A stretch of DNA of 64,000 nucleotides from Lingula anatina. Taxonomy: Eukaryota; Animalia; Brachiopoda. The position numbers were made by a program, and so were the translations under genes. Each line of letters opens with the position of its first letter. The stretch's first letter is position 1. Location: positions 24,928,848 to 24,992,847 of the forward strand of contig CM120643.1 of assembly GCA_051362555.1 (NCBI GenBank), written 5' to 3'. This document shows positions 35,711-46,500 of this stretch, one piece after another. A model generated the notes under the pieces. It was not told the DNA's origin. It was given only the letters and a program-made list of their open reading frames with translations, and did no database searches.

Positions 35711-38700
35711 TGTATGCAAGTCGCGTTTAAGTCAGCCCGTGTATCTTTCTAGAAGCAGTTATACAGGCAAACCCTCACCTCCAAGTGTTCATTTTCAGCT
35801 GCCAGACGCAGGGGAGTTCTTCCTAAAGGATCTGACCTTGTCAGGTCAAAGTCGGGGAGATCCTCCGTGAGGAACTGCCGCACGCGCGGAATGTCTCCAA
35901 ACTCACACGCATGGAAAAACTCTTCTTCCGTTTTCGAGAGCTAGAGAAAGAGGGTAGAATATATCATAACAATGTTTTTGTCAATGGAGGAAAAATTTAA
36001 GCAAAAAAATATATTACATTTTTCATACTTTAATAATCTGTTGTCCTTACTTTCTGGGGAGTAACTTCTGACTTATAGATGAATCATGCACTTTTGTGTT
36101 GTGAAGAACATACAAAACCTACGCATTAGATCATGGACACTCAAGAAATATAAAGAATTTCACAAGTACAACTGAACTTTCTTCTTTGATCTATTTATGA
36201 CACATTACCTGGCTGTCGGAAATATTTTCACTAAAACTGAATGTTGTATTTATCCGATGTCGGCCTCCGCTGTTGGCCTTTGATCTCTCTGAATTAGCAA
36301 AATAAAGTATGTTAAATATACCATTATACATAAGTTTCGTTGGAATTGTTATGACACATGTGAGCAATACAAGGTAGTGTAATGTGTATTATTACACATT
36401 ACACTATCTTGTATTGTGTAATAATACACATTACACTATCTTGTATTGTGTAATGTGTATTATTATCATTTCCATCCAAAAATAGGTCCATTAATGATTT
36501 TAATGAACAAATGCACCAGTACATGTCCTTGGAGGAGGGGGGAGCTGTCGCCTAAGAGGTTTTTTGGAAAAGTTTGAGGGGATCTGTTTAAAGTGTAAGA
36601 CTTTTTCTTTCTAACAATGTCCTACTTTTCCTTTGTTCAGCTCCTAGATGAACACGAAAGACAGTACAAGTAATGTGCTTGCAAAAAGTGTTGGCCTTCA
36701 ACAGCCCCTTCCCCTGTAGTTTGTCTGAATACGGCCCTGGTATATGACATTTATATAACTGGGTTATTTTAGTGGCGGAGAGAGGGGGGGGGGCGAGGCG
36801 GAGGATATTGCGATAGTTGAGACTTTTAAAGCAGTCGCTTCATATACAAACGGTCTTATCTCAACACTTCCAATCGCTGTCCAGTGTGAGTCCAGTCTTA
36901 AAAAGACAAGGAGAAAAATCACTGTAGGCTGACGTGAAATCAAGTCCGTTTTCTGTTTGTATCGGTGGAATTGAAAATAAAACTGCTTAATAGAAGTGGA
37001 TGGAACTCACTGCTTTCACCATATTTCTCTAACAGAAAAGAAAATTCGACGCAAACGCAGGTTTAATGGATAGTATATTTCCAAGTCTACCCCCCCCCCC
37101 CCTTTGTGGAGAACTTGGAGCAAGTGCACACAATATATCAAATATCCGTTGATTTCCATGCACAACATAGTATATTATTGCACATAAATTGTCTTAAATG
37201 TAGCAAAGTGACATAAACTAATGATTCAAGATCCAAGTATTACGTGAACCGTTGCTCACTGATAACTTAATTAAGTTGAGGAAGCAGGCGCCCTTATCTT
37301 TATCCTTTGAATAAGAAAAATGGACGAAAAAACATTTGATTGATGCCTCCTCGAACTCCCCGTCTTCACACTCTGCAGGTTTATATTTCTCAAAACATGG
37401 ATTATCTGTATTTCTCGCTTTCTGTGCGCAGTCTGCGCCCGGGTGTTTATCTCCATTGGCCAGATGAACTGTTTGTTCTTGGTGCTTGGTGTTGTAAGCA
37501 GACGATAAAGAGATCAGCAGACGAGTGCAATTTGAAAGAGAACAGACGATGTTCAAGAGTTATGCAAGCGCACGCAGATGAACAAACATTTGCTTCAAAA
37601 ACCAGACACCATCTTACGACTTCCCTCCGTGTATATTCATATGTATAAACCAAGGAACTAATGTCAATAGTTTATTACATATTTCAGTGCAAATACTGAT
37701 TAAGTCCCACATACTGGACATCGTTTCCTTAAGCCATGAAAAGGATGCTTAATCCCTCCATAAATCACAAGGCATATTACTAAGCGCCCCATGATATTCA
37801 GATAAACTTAAAACGGTGTAACTATTGGACGTGGATCGGTGACAGTAATGACGTGACTGTATCACCCTGAGATTCAGGTAGCTCTCATAGGGTGCGTTCA
37901 CAATGAAACTGTCGTACTAGGTAGTTCGAACCGACTCCGCCGGGACTCCAGCTGAGTGCTGTACAATCATTAGCTTGTCTGTATTCTACTCAAAGCCAGG
38001 AGGAGGCATGTTTATCTGTAAATCTTATTGCATTCACCGAAATCCCCACGGAGTTAGTGCTCAGTAGCTATAGTGCGATAGATTCATTGTGAACGTCCCC
38101 TTATATTATTTCCCTAACGATGTGTGCTAGTCTCAAGAACCCAACTTTACCCAGCATACGCCCTTGGTGGTCCTAGGGTATTTGGGAGTTTTTAGAAGAC
38201 TCTGAAATTCGGGGTGTGGACAGTATGTTCAGAAAGCACTGTAACTGTCGTTTGTTATATACAGGGTTGTCAAGGGTATATAGCTCAAAATAAAAGAGTA
38301 TAGAGATCAAAATGAAAGAGTATAGAGCTCAAAATGAGACGGTATAAGCTCAAAATGAAAGAATATTATACATAAGAAAAACACCCAAATTCAGAATGAT
38401 AAGTAATACAGTATTCGTATGAGTTACAAATACCGTATAAATAAAGCATTCGTTAGAATATTGGAAATTAACATATGAAGTGAGTGTTTTTAAGGCAACT
38501 TATTCAAAGTTTAAAACTACCTTGTCGAATTGAAACCAATTTTCATCGATATCATGTTTTTTTCGTCTAAAATATTTAATACTACTTTGACCATAGTGTT
38601 TCTGCTCTTTTGATTTCTTTTTTTACATAGAACAGTCTATCGTTATTTCTTCTTTCATACAATTTCTCGTCTGTATTTTCTACTTTCTCTTGTCTGTTGT

Positions 38701-40232
38701 TCTCATGTGATAATACGGTAGGCATTTCATGACTATGTCCATCACTGATAACATCTCAACTGACCACCCGGCGTCTTGGGCCCAATTCAGAATAGAGGAC
38801 AAACTAGTCCGAGGGTCAAATATGGCGTCCCACAACAAGGCTTGCCGTATAATCCGCTAATAGACATTGAGTAGATATCCCGTGGGGAAGTATTCAAGTG
38901 GGTCCGCCATATTTGACCCTCGAACTAGTTAGTCCCCTATTCTGAATGGGGCCTTGGAGAAGACCACAACGGCAGGGTCACGGGCAGATCGAGTGCTGAT
39001 AAGAAGGACGTCACTGTACAATTTCACAGTGACACAATGCCTGTATTTATAGACTGTCATTTTGACGACGCGGTGTACTGATAGTACCATCTGATATATG
39101 TCATATATCAGGGGTCCCCAAAATAGTATACAGAATTTAAGTATAGGCCGACATTATAATTTTGGAACCGACTACTAGCGGGTCCTGTGATCAGATTCTA
39201 CTGATAGTGCATTCTCAGAAACCACAATAAATATAGTTGATGATTATAAGGAGCCAGAATGTAAACACCTTTAGAAAAAGAACGTGGCCGTGGGAATTAT
39301 ATGTTTTATCAACTGGAAATTATGTTTTATTAACGAACGTCGATAAAAATCTGAAGGACGTAATTTTTGACGAAGGCACTTCGACTTTATATGTGTGTGT
39401 ATAGACAGTGGTTGTAATATCGGAGTGCTCATAGAGCCTTTTCAGAAATCACAATAAAATATAATAAACCCGAGATGTAAACATTATTGGAACAGAAACA
39501 GTGTTTTGCTTCTGGTACCGTGAACCTAACGTGTACAGCGCTGAAGTAGATATGAAAAACGTACACGGAAGCTTGCCAATACTTCACAGGATTTCTGCTC
39601 TTCTTCATTCTCGCTTTCATTAGTTCTTTATTTAGCCCGGTCGGGCGGGCCAGGCAGATAAGGGTGAAATCAATAACGTAAAACTGATTTTGAAAAAGGT
39701 TAAAAAACGTTACCGTTAACATTGGACACGACTGACAACGACCTGTTTAAAACAAGGGAAATTTGTTACACGTATGATCAGACAAAGACTTAGATCAAAA
39801 CCGGTTTAATTCCAAATGACTTCATTACATAACGTCATACATGCAATGTACACCAAACGCAACATGGAAAGACACTTAAAGTGCGGTCTCCTGATGAAGG
39901 TATTTAGCCCTATTATAAGTGGAAATATCTTTCTTCTCATCTAAAGTATCTAGAAACGTTATATCCTTATCCCATATTGAAGGGGGCATCTTAATATGTT
40001 TGTCTCAATTAAGGACAGGTATATAAAGTAATTGCCAGGCTTTAAACTGGGGCAAATAATAGGCACCCTTACCTTTGAGTATTTTATAAAAGTCCTCTCC
40101 CCAGGGTGCCCCAGCGTGGGCGGTGGTCCTGTGATTTCGTATGTATCTCTCCATGGTTTCAGAGCGAAGCTTTCTTTCCATAGACTCTGCCTGTGTCTTG
40201 ATTTTCTCACGCACCTGTTGCCAGTGCTGCAT
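23917..40232 (-). CDS. TRPC: Canonical transient receptor potential (TRPC-family) channel, about 18 coding exons, about 1127 aa
   Basis: Exons 40232-40073, 37028-37011, 36288-36209 (these three inferred from splice sites and phase only), 35940-35779, 35379-34834, 34571-34398, 34001-33834, 33396-33135, 32826-32687, 32448-32349, 32058-31907, 30946-30792, 28776-28578, 28342-28203, 27888-27750, 27414-27259, 24901-24838, 24485-23917; 3384 nt. Ankyrin repeats ([39 protein letters not shown]), [22 protein letters not shown], six transmembrane segments, QISLGRM, pore [12 protein letters not shown] box [25 protein letters not shown]. Confidence 0.9.
28804..30489. mobile_element. About 1.7-kb non-autonomous DNA transposon with 16-bp TIRs and 5-bp TSD
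   Basis: CAGGAGTCGAAACAGA versus reverse complement of the right end CAGGGGTCAAAACAGA (14/16); ACCTT duplicated at 28799-28803 and 30490-30494; subterminal GCGACT, CTAGCCC/GGGCTAGT and GGACCAGT repeats; AT-rich interior without a transposase ORF. Confidence 0.75.
31175..31759. mobile_element. PIF/Harbinger-like MITE with a duplicated left end
   Basis: TIR GCCCCTATTTCACACAGACCACGAATCCCACGAAT at 31176 and again at 31345, with its reverse complement ending at 31758; TAA at 31172-31174 and 31760-31762; many internal CACGAAT/ATTCGTG motifs. Confidence 0.85.
35623..35710. repeat. (CT)n(TG)n(AG)n compound microsatellite
   Basis: Direct reading. Confidence 0.95.
36365..36463. repeat. 52-bp near-perfect palindrome plus partial duplications
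   Basis: CAATACAAGGTAGTGTAATGTGTA-TTAT-TACACATTACACTATCTTGTATTG, followed by re-copied segments of both arms. Confidence 0.85.
37890..38100. mobile_element. PIF/Harbinger-like MITE
   Basis: GGGTGCGTTCACAATGAA ... TTCATTGTGAACGTCCCC termini, pairing inner arms, ATA and TTA flanks. Confidence 0.7.
38276..38362. repeat. Minisatellite, about 22-bp unit, 4 copies
   Basis: Consensus GTATAGAGCTCAAAATGAAAGA. Confidence 0.85.
38779..38953 (-). mobile_element. 175-bp MITE, copy 2
   Basis: Reverse-orientation homolog of 6602-6776 with the same TIRs and length. Confidence 0.85.
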
Positions 40233-40334
40233 CTTGTACTTTGATTTCCCTGGAATTAAGAAGTATCTATATAATAATAGATAATATGTAATGGATAACT
40301 AATGGATACCAGTTGGAATTTTATAAATATGAAA

Positions 40335-40620
40335 TATCATCATCATTATTATTCTCTTCAGTTGTATAGACCGTGGCTCTGGTACTGATCATCAGTACTT
40401 TATGGTCCGTCTCTTCACAGCAGCAGTTAATATTGTGTGGAGTTGTATGGAGCATATCAACAGTGTTATACCAACGCCTGTATGGTGCAAAGGTAGAGTG
40501 TCATTTCTCCCAGAGTTTGTCGAGCTGACATTTGATGGAGCATTTACTGATGGGGCAGTCACAACATTGTCTGGAAGACTGTCCAGCAAGTCTGTCACTT
40601 TGTACGTAAAAAATTACATT
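40335..40620 (-). mobile_element. 3' end of a CR1/L2-like LINE
   Basis: Minus strand reads FTYKVTDLLDSLPDNVVTAPSVNA then, after a frameshift, IKCQLDKLWEK, resembling the WNxLPxxVVxAxSVxxFKxxLDxxW C-terminus of CR1/L2-group ORF2. It is followed by a short UTR and an (AAT)/(GAT) tail. Confidence 0.7.
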
Positions 40621-41668
40621 GGAACATGTATACTGTAATAATGCAGTAATTTAACAAGGATGATCCTATACAGGGTCTACCACGCATCATACTTCCTTTC
40701 GCACCGGTACTACCCCGCGGGGGTTCGCATTTATGTAGAGGAAAGACGTCTCTAAAACTGAATACTGTATTGCCCTCCCTAACCTTTCTTTTCTTGCATC
40801 CTCGCCGGGATCATTGGTATTTAAATATACTAACCTCGACAACCAAAAAGAAGTTTTTCTCTATCTCTCTCTCGTATTACTGTGACTTATCCAACTTGGA
40901 TAATATGCGTAGAAATTCCACAGAACCAGGTTAATCCCTCCACTTTCTACACGGAGACATAACGACAGAATGATATTATTTTGTCATATTTCTGTCCCAT
41001 TTCTGTCACCCCATCATAAGTGCGGTGGCAACGATAAGCTAGATTCCCCTTGCATACAAGCCGCTTGGTGCAACATGTAAGGTAGCAAAACAAATGAAAT
41101 GTCCTCACTCTGGCGTTCGACTTGTTACCAAACTCAAATTATCCCTGCAGAGTGAATACGATGGGGTTATCTTGTTAGTGCTAAGAGAGCTATTATCTTT
41201 GCTTTTATTGCCATGCTTCGAACCCATTCGCCACACTAGAGTAGTGTTTGCAAAACCGAGATATTACGGAAAGAAGGCTGTTAACTATTTGACCTTTTCC
41301 TTCAGGCAGTAAAACACAAATAAGCTAATCAACAACCTCACCGTCCGTTTTGAGCGGCCATGACTTCTGCGTCCCTCAGGTGGACAAACCACGATCCTAT
41401 TTGTTAACTGTCTAACCCTGGTTAAGGCAAATGAGATAGCTATGTGCTTTGTTGCAGACCTATCAGCACTCTCGATCTTGTTGGGAGTCTCTCAATTTAG
41501 ACTAAATATCTCCCGAACTATCAGACTTTTCTCACTTTCCTTTCTTTAGAACGTGGTATTGTATGTATTAATTGTCTTTTACAAGTAGACTTCCTTTAAA
41601 TGAACACCGCCTGACCCTACCGAGAAAGCAAAACTTCCTGGCCACGCGCCTGCTTATCCATAATACTT

Positions 41669-41820
41669 TCGATATTTTTCGTCTTTTGCCAAGTTTTGGT
41701 AGCTGCATGAACATCAAAACAATAACTAACAGAAACAAAAAAAAATCGATATTTTTTGTCTTTTGCCAAGTTTTGGTAGCTGCATGAACATCAAAACAAT
41801 AGCTAACAGAAATAAAATAA
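41669..41820. repeat. 77-bp tandem duplication
   Basis: TCGATATTTTT(C/T)GTCTTTTGCCAAGTTTTGGTAGCTGCATGAACATCAAAACAATA at 41669 and 41746. Confidence 0.9.
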
Positions 41821-43161
41821 ATTTATCTGATACTTGATCACCCGATCACATCTTTTTTGCCCCACATGTTACTGTAATGTTTACACAACTCCAGTGAAAT
41901 GTCGTCTTATTCTGTTTACAGTACTGCTACGTACGTCATACAGAAGTAGACCGTTTACAGTGTTCATGGGATATACCTGCTCTGCATACTGTATTTCGAA
42001 GACGGTTAAAACCACTAATTAGAAAAAAGTTTTTAGCTATGATTAATAAATAGTAAACTCCTGCCAACAACTGCTTTCTTAAATCATAAAACACCTGTCG
42101 CTTACCTAAATACTATAAAAACATTATAAATACCGGTATTACAAAACACACCTTGGTTTTACATGCATAAAATTTGTGCTTGGAAATAATCTCATCTCTC
42201 TGGCTCTTAGTATAGAGAGATATCAAGTTTTACCATATTTATGAGATATATTAGAAGCGGGATTATGTCTCAAAAATACGACGAGACCATCAAGCCATGA
42301 TGATAATAAAAGTTCAAGCTTTTGCGTGGGGTCGGGAACGGGGAGGGTGCGGTAATTATTGTTTTCTCATGAGTGTTTCCTGGCCTTTGCCTTCTTTTGA
42401 TTAAGTTCAACAACGCCCCCGAAAATTGGATAGGGATATTCTATAGTTTAAGTGTCACGATTTCGCCGAAACGTGTGCCGAAATAAGACTTAATATTATT
42501 GTGATTTAATACGCCATGTGTCGTCGCCCACCAGACGTAGATTAACAAAAATGATAATAGTTTCAAGTTCACAATTTAGAGAAATATTGAACGCTTCAAT
42601 AAGCGTTAAATTTTGGCGCCTAAGTCTTTCCTGTATTCCAAGAAACTTGTTCTCCTTTTCGCAACTTCTGCATATTGTTAAAAATTTACATAATAATAGT
42701 GAATTACCTCACCCAACCTACATGGAAAATAAAACAATTGATCACCTAAGCGTGAAACTACCCCTGTATACTTCTTGTCCTAGTAATGAATACTTTTTTT
42801 TTTTCGAACAGCAGAAACTTTGCATAAATCATGTTACACTATCCTGGGCTACTAGTACACTGCTAAATACTGCCAGTACATTGCACTATATAAACAGACT
42901 CACGCGGCACACTTCACAGTATAAAACTATACAACGTACAACAGAAACTACTCAGTATACTGTCTACAAACTACACATAATTAATTTAACTTCAGGATCA
43001 GAGTCATAGGTCCAGAAAGCTAGGGGCAGCTGTTGACCGGTGAACGGACACCCCCCTCCTCCCCCGACCCTGCAACCTACGCCTCTCACTCGATCGCTTC
43101 ACCAAGTATCCCTATGTAGACTACTGCGGATCTACCGGTATATCTTGCTTCGTCACACTTT

Positions 43162-43529
43162 GGCTTCGTTCACATGGAAAGTCTATTTTCTAAAAATCTA
43201 TTTTCTATTCGCGGTATCTTATGATCATGGTCTATAAGTTACTTTAAGTAACTGGCTCGCGCTGCCAGTAATTACGCCGCGGGATATTCAGGGCAATTTT
43301 CTAAATTCTGTTTTCTATTCGCGGTATGTCTTATGATCACGGTCTGTGCCCTGAATATCCCGCGGCGTAATTACTGGCAGCGCGAGCCAGTTACTATCAG
43401 TTACTATAAGTAACTGGCTCGCGCTGCCAGTAATTACGCGGTGGGATATTCAGGGCACAGACCGTGATCATAAGATAGCGCGAATAGAAAATAGAATTTA
43501 GAAAATAGACATTGCATGTGAACGAAGCC
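43162..43529. mobile_element. Rearranged palindromic MITE
   Basis: TIR GGCTTCGTTCACATG / CATGTGAACGAAGCC with TTT on both flanks; three copies of the GC-rich block GGCTCGCGCTGCCAGTAATTACGC..GGGATATTCAGGGC in alternating orientation. Confidence 0.85.
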
Positions 43530-46500
43530 TTTATCTACGCAAAGAAACTACATACATGTATGAGTACGCTGCTTACGTGCCTCATGTACAAGGAAGGCCA
43601 CGAGAAGCATTCTCAGTATCAACTAGAGATTATTAAGTCCTTATTAAGTCGGAGTCATTTAATAACTACCTAATTACTACATGTACCTAAATATAGAGAT
43701 CTCAGGTAAAGTATAGGGTCATTAGGTAAAAGTACTAGAAATTATACATAACGTTTGAAAAAAATTCAATACCATCATTCGTTCACTGGCACGTTTTAAA
43801 ATATCTATACTGGTGGTAGTGTGTTACTCAAGTATTCTAGTGTCTACAGGAAGCGCCCAGATCTAAATGACAAATGGCAAATTTCTGTGTCCTATCATTG
43901 TCGTGCATGTAACGGATTTCTCCTACACGCCGGTAAATGCACTGAATATATATAGTAATAATAATAATAAAGGCCAACTGAGGATGGTTTTAACACGGAT
44001 GCCCCACGGAGGTGTGTTTTGTCACTAGGGCTCTATTAGCTTTTTTTGACATGTGACTGTACAACATGGGAATAAATGATACCTTTCTAGCGGAATTTGC
44101 CGAAGGCACATCGTAATTAGGCAGGTAAGTGATCTAAGTTGAATACACAGTGGTGTCCGTTATAAGGGTCTGTTGTGAAATGATATGACAGCAACGATGT
44201 GTAATATTCATTATGTTGAAATAAAAACAAAAAAAAAATTAAAAATAATGAAATGAAAAAAATATGTTTATTTCGAAAAAACCCGAAATTTAAAAATATT
44301 TTCGCACAATAATGATAATCGGTTGAACACGTCGACTATTTTTATCCTATAGGGAATCATCTATGAAAATTAACTTGAAACCTACGAAAAAGGGAAAGTC
44401 AACAATTTTGAAAATAATAAAACGATCTCCATTTACCTTCTTTATTCAGCTGAAAAGAAAGAAGGTTGTAGAAATTTGGAGTAAATAGCGAAATGGCGAA
44501 ATTATTGTCGCGGCCGTCCCTCTTTGTCGAAAATTCATTCAGAAGGTATTTATAAAAAACGAACTACCAATTTGATGAGATACATTGCCTTATCTCATAT
44601 TCACCAAATAACACTTCTCTTTTAATTTAAGACGATTAAATTTTTTTTTCTCCCTATTTTCACTTTTATTTTGTTTACATTTTTCAGAATGTTGTTACTT
44701 TTCATTATCTTATATCACTTTCTGTGTTATCGAAATGTGAGACAGTGAAATAATTTCCCCTGTATTATCATACTCGTTTCGTTGAACACAGCCTATTATT
44801 ATCATGTGTATAAATTTAGCATTTTGCAGACTATTGATATACCTGTTGATTCAGGCATTTTCCTTATTTTAGTATTCATGTAACCTGAATGGTATGTCTG
44901 TACTAATTCAACCCAATGCCATGCCACGTATATAAAGACATATACTTAATGCTCGTTAAATGTTGTATTTCGCTGTCTTGGTAGATACCCAGTATATTTG
45001 ACAAGTGTGTGGAATATAAAGAAGCAATTAGATACTATATAAAACCCATTTGGACAGGAGCCAAAAAAATATTAAAGAATGTTATGGAATAAATGTCCCA
45101 TATTTTAAAACTCATTGATAACATGACCGAGATGCTTATGAGACAAGCAAAACACACAATTGGGTCGATTTGCTAAATGAAAAATGTATCCCATCGACCT
45201 CCCCCCTATCCCCTTGAATCTCACTTTGTTTTAGTATATAAAGAGACCCGTACAGTAACTCTACATGTACCTGTACCTGTGTAATCTATATTCTGTCCCC
45301 TACCTGCACACATATTTATACCCCTGTCTCTAGATCTCCTCTTTGAAATTTTACGTTTGAGCTGAGTAAAGCCAAAGAGAGTCAGGTAAAAATATCAAAT
45401 ATATCCATTCTTTAATGGGCAAACTGGACATGTTTGGAACTACTGCATACACCTATTGGACGCGGGGTATTTTCAGTCTACAAAAAGAGTTTCATTAATT
45501 TGATATTTTTAGTTGACAATACTCACAAGAAAACGTACCCCACGCTCGCACGAGGAGTGTCCATGGCGTCAAGGCCAACCAACCACCAACACGTAGAATA
45601 AATGGTCGTTTTCAGTGACACAAACAGACCCGTGTTTTCCCCGTAGTGTAAAAAAGCACAGTGCAGTACAAAAACAAACGCTGATACGAGAGGTGTTCTA
45701 CACCTCGACTCTTAAAAACTTCAGATGGTCAAGCTCAACGACGCCGAAGGTCTAGTGTCCTCCTTGAATCGCGATCGTAGTAGAACTACGAAGGTTAACC
45801 ACCGCCTTTCTGCTTGAGCATCACACGAACCCTTAATGACCCTCGCAAGCTTAGCACGACTTATCTAGAGCGGAACAGTAGAGCTCCTGGGCATCCGTGG
45901 CCACTAGGAAAAAATACAGTTCCTATAAAATAAAAGACCTATATAGATATTTCGCTTGGAAAAGAGCAAAGAGATAAGACGAAATGCAACCCGTTTTAAG
46001 TGCTGTATTGGGACTGATATGAATATTTTTGTTCTTTTTTGCACCGCATGATTTAATCTTTTTTAAGACCGCGGAACCAAAGCGGACATAATATTTGCGA
46101 TTATGAGGAGGAAAATTACAGAAGATAATACTAGACGCACTTGCGTTAGACGAAATGATTCTTTTGTAAATGCTTGGGAGGTGAATACGTAGCTATCGAG
46201 TGTTGCCAGACAAAAGCAGATGAAGGAGAAGAAGAAAGGAAGGTGGAGTAGAGCAGCCACAGAAAAAGAGACAATCACGTGACCTCGACAAGAAGAATCG
46301 GCATAATGTCAAGGCTCGTGAGAAACATCGAATAATGTACATTTATGAATAAAAGAAACAAAGGTAAACATAAATAATTATCAACAAAGGATTTTTACTT
46401 TTTATATACCCGTTCTCACCCCAACGTAACCACGGAATGTTATCCCATTGATCAGCTGTTCAATTTAACCACTACAGACTTATCATTAGATAACCTACAA

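Noticed and set aside
39076-39208. 10-bp direct repeat TACTGATAGT flanking a possible Mutator-like MITE
   Set aside because: The terminal inverted repeats are too short and imperfect to support the call.
41340-41385. Hammerhead-like CTGAGGGAC...CAAAAC on the minus strand, and similar partial cores near 9801 and 22535-22556
   Set aside because: Core nucleotides or stem II pairing are broken in each case.
42518-43009. 163-aa plus-strand ORF
   Set aside because: Non-ATG start, AT-rich intergenic composition and no recognisable domain.
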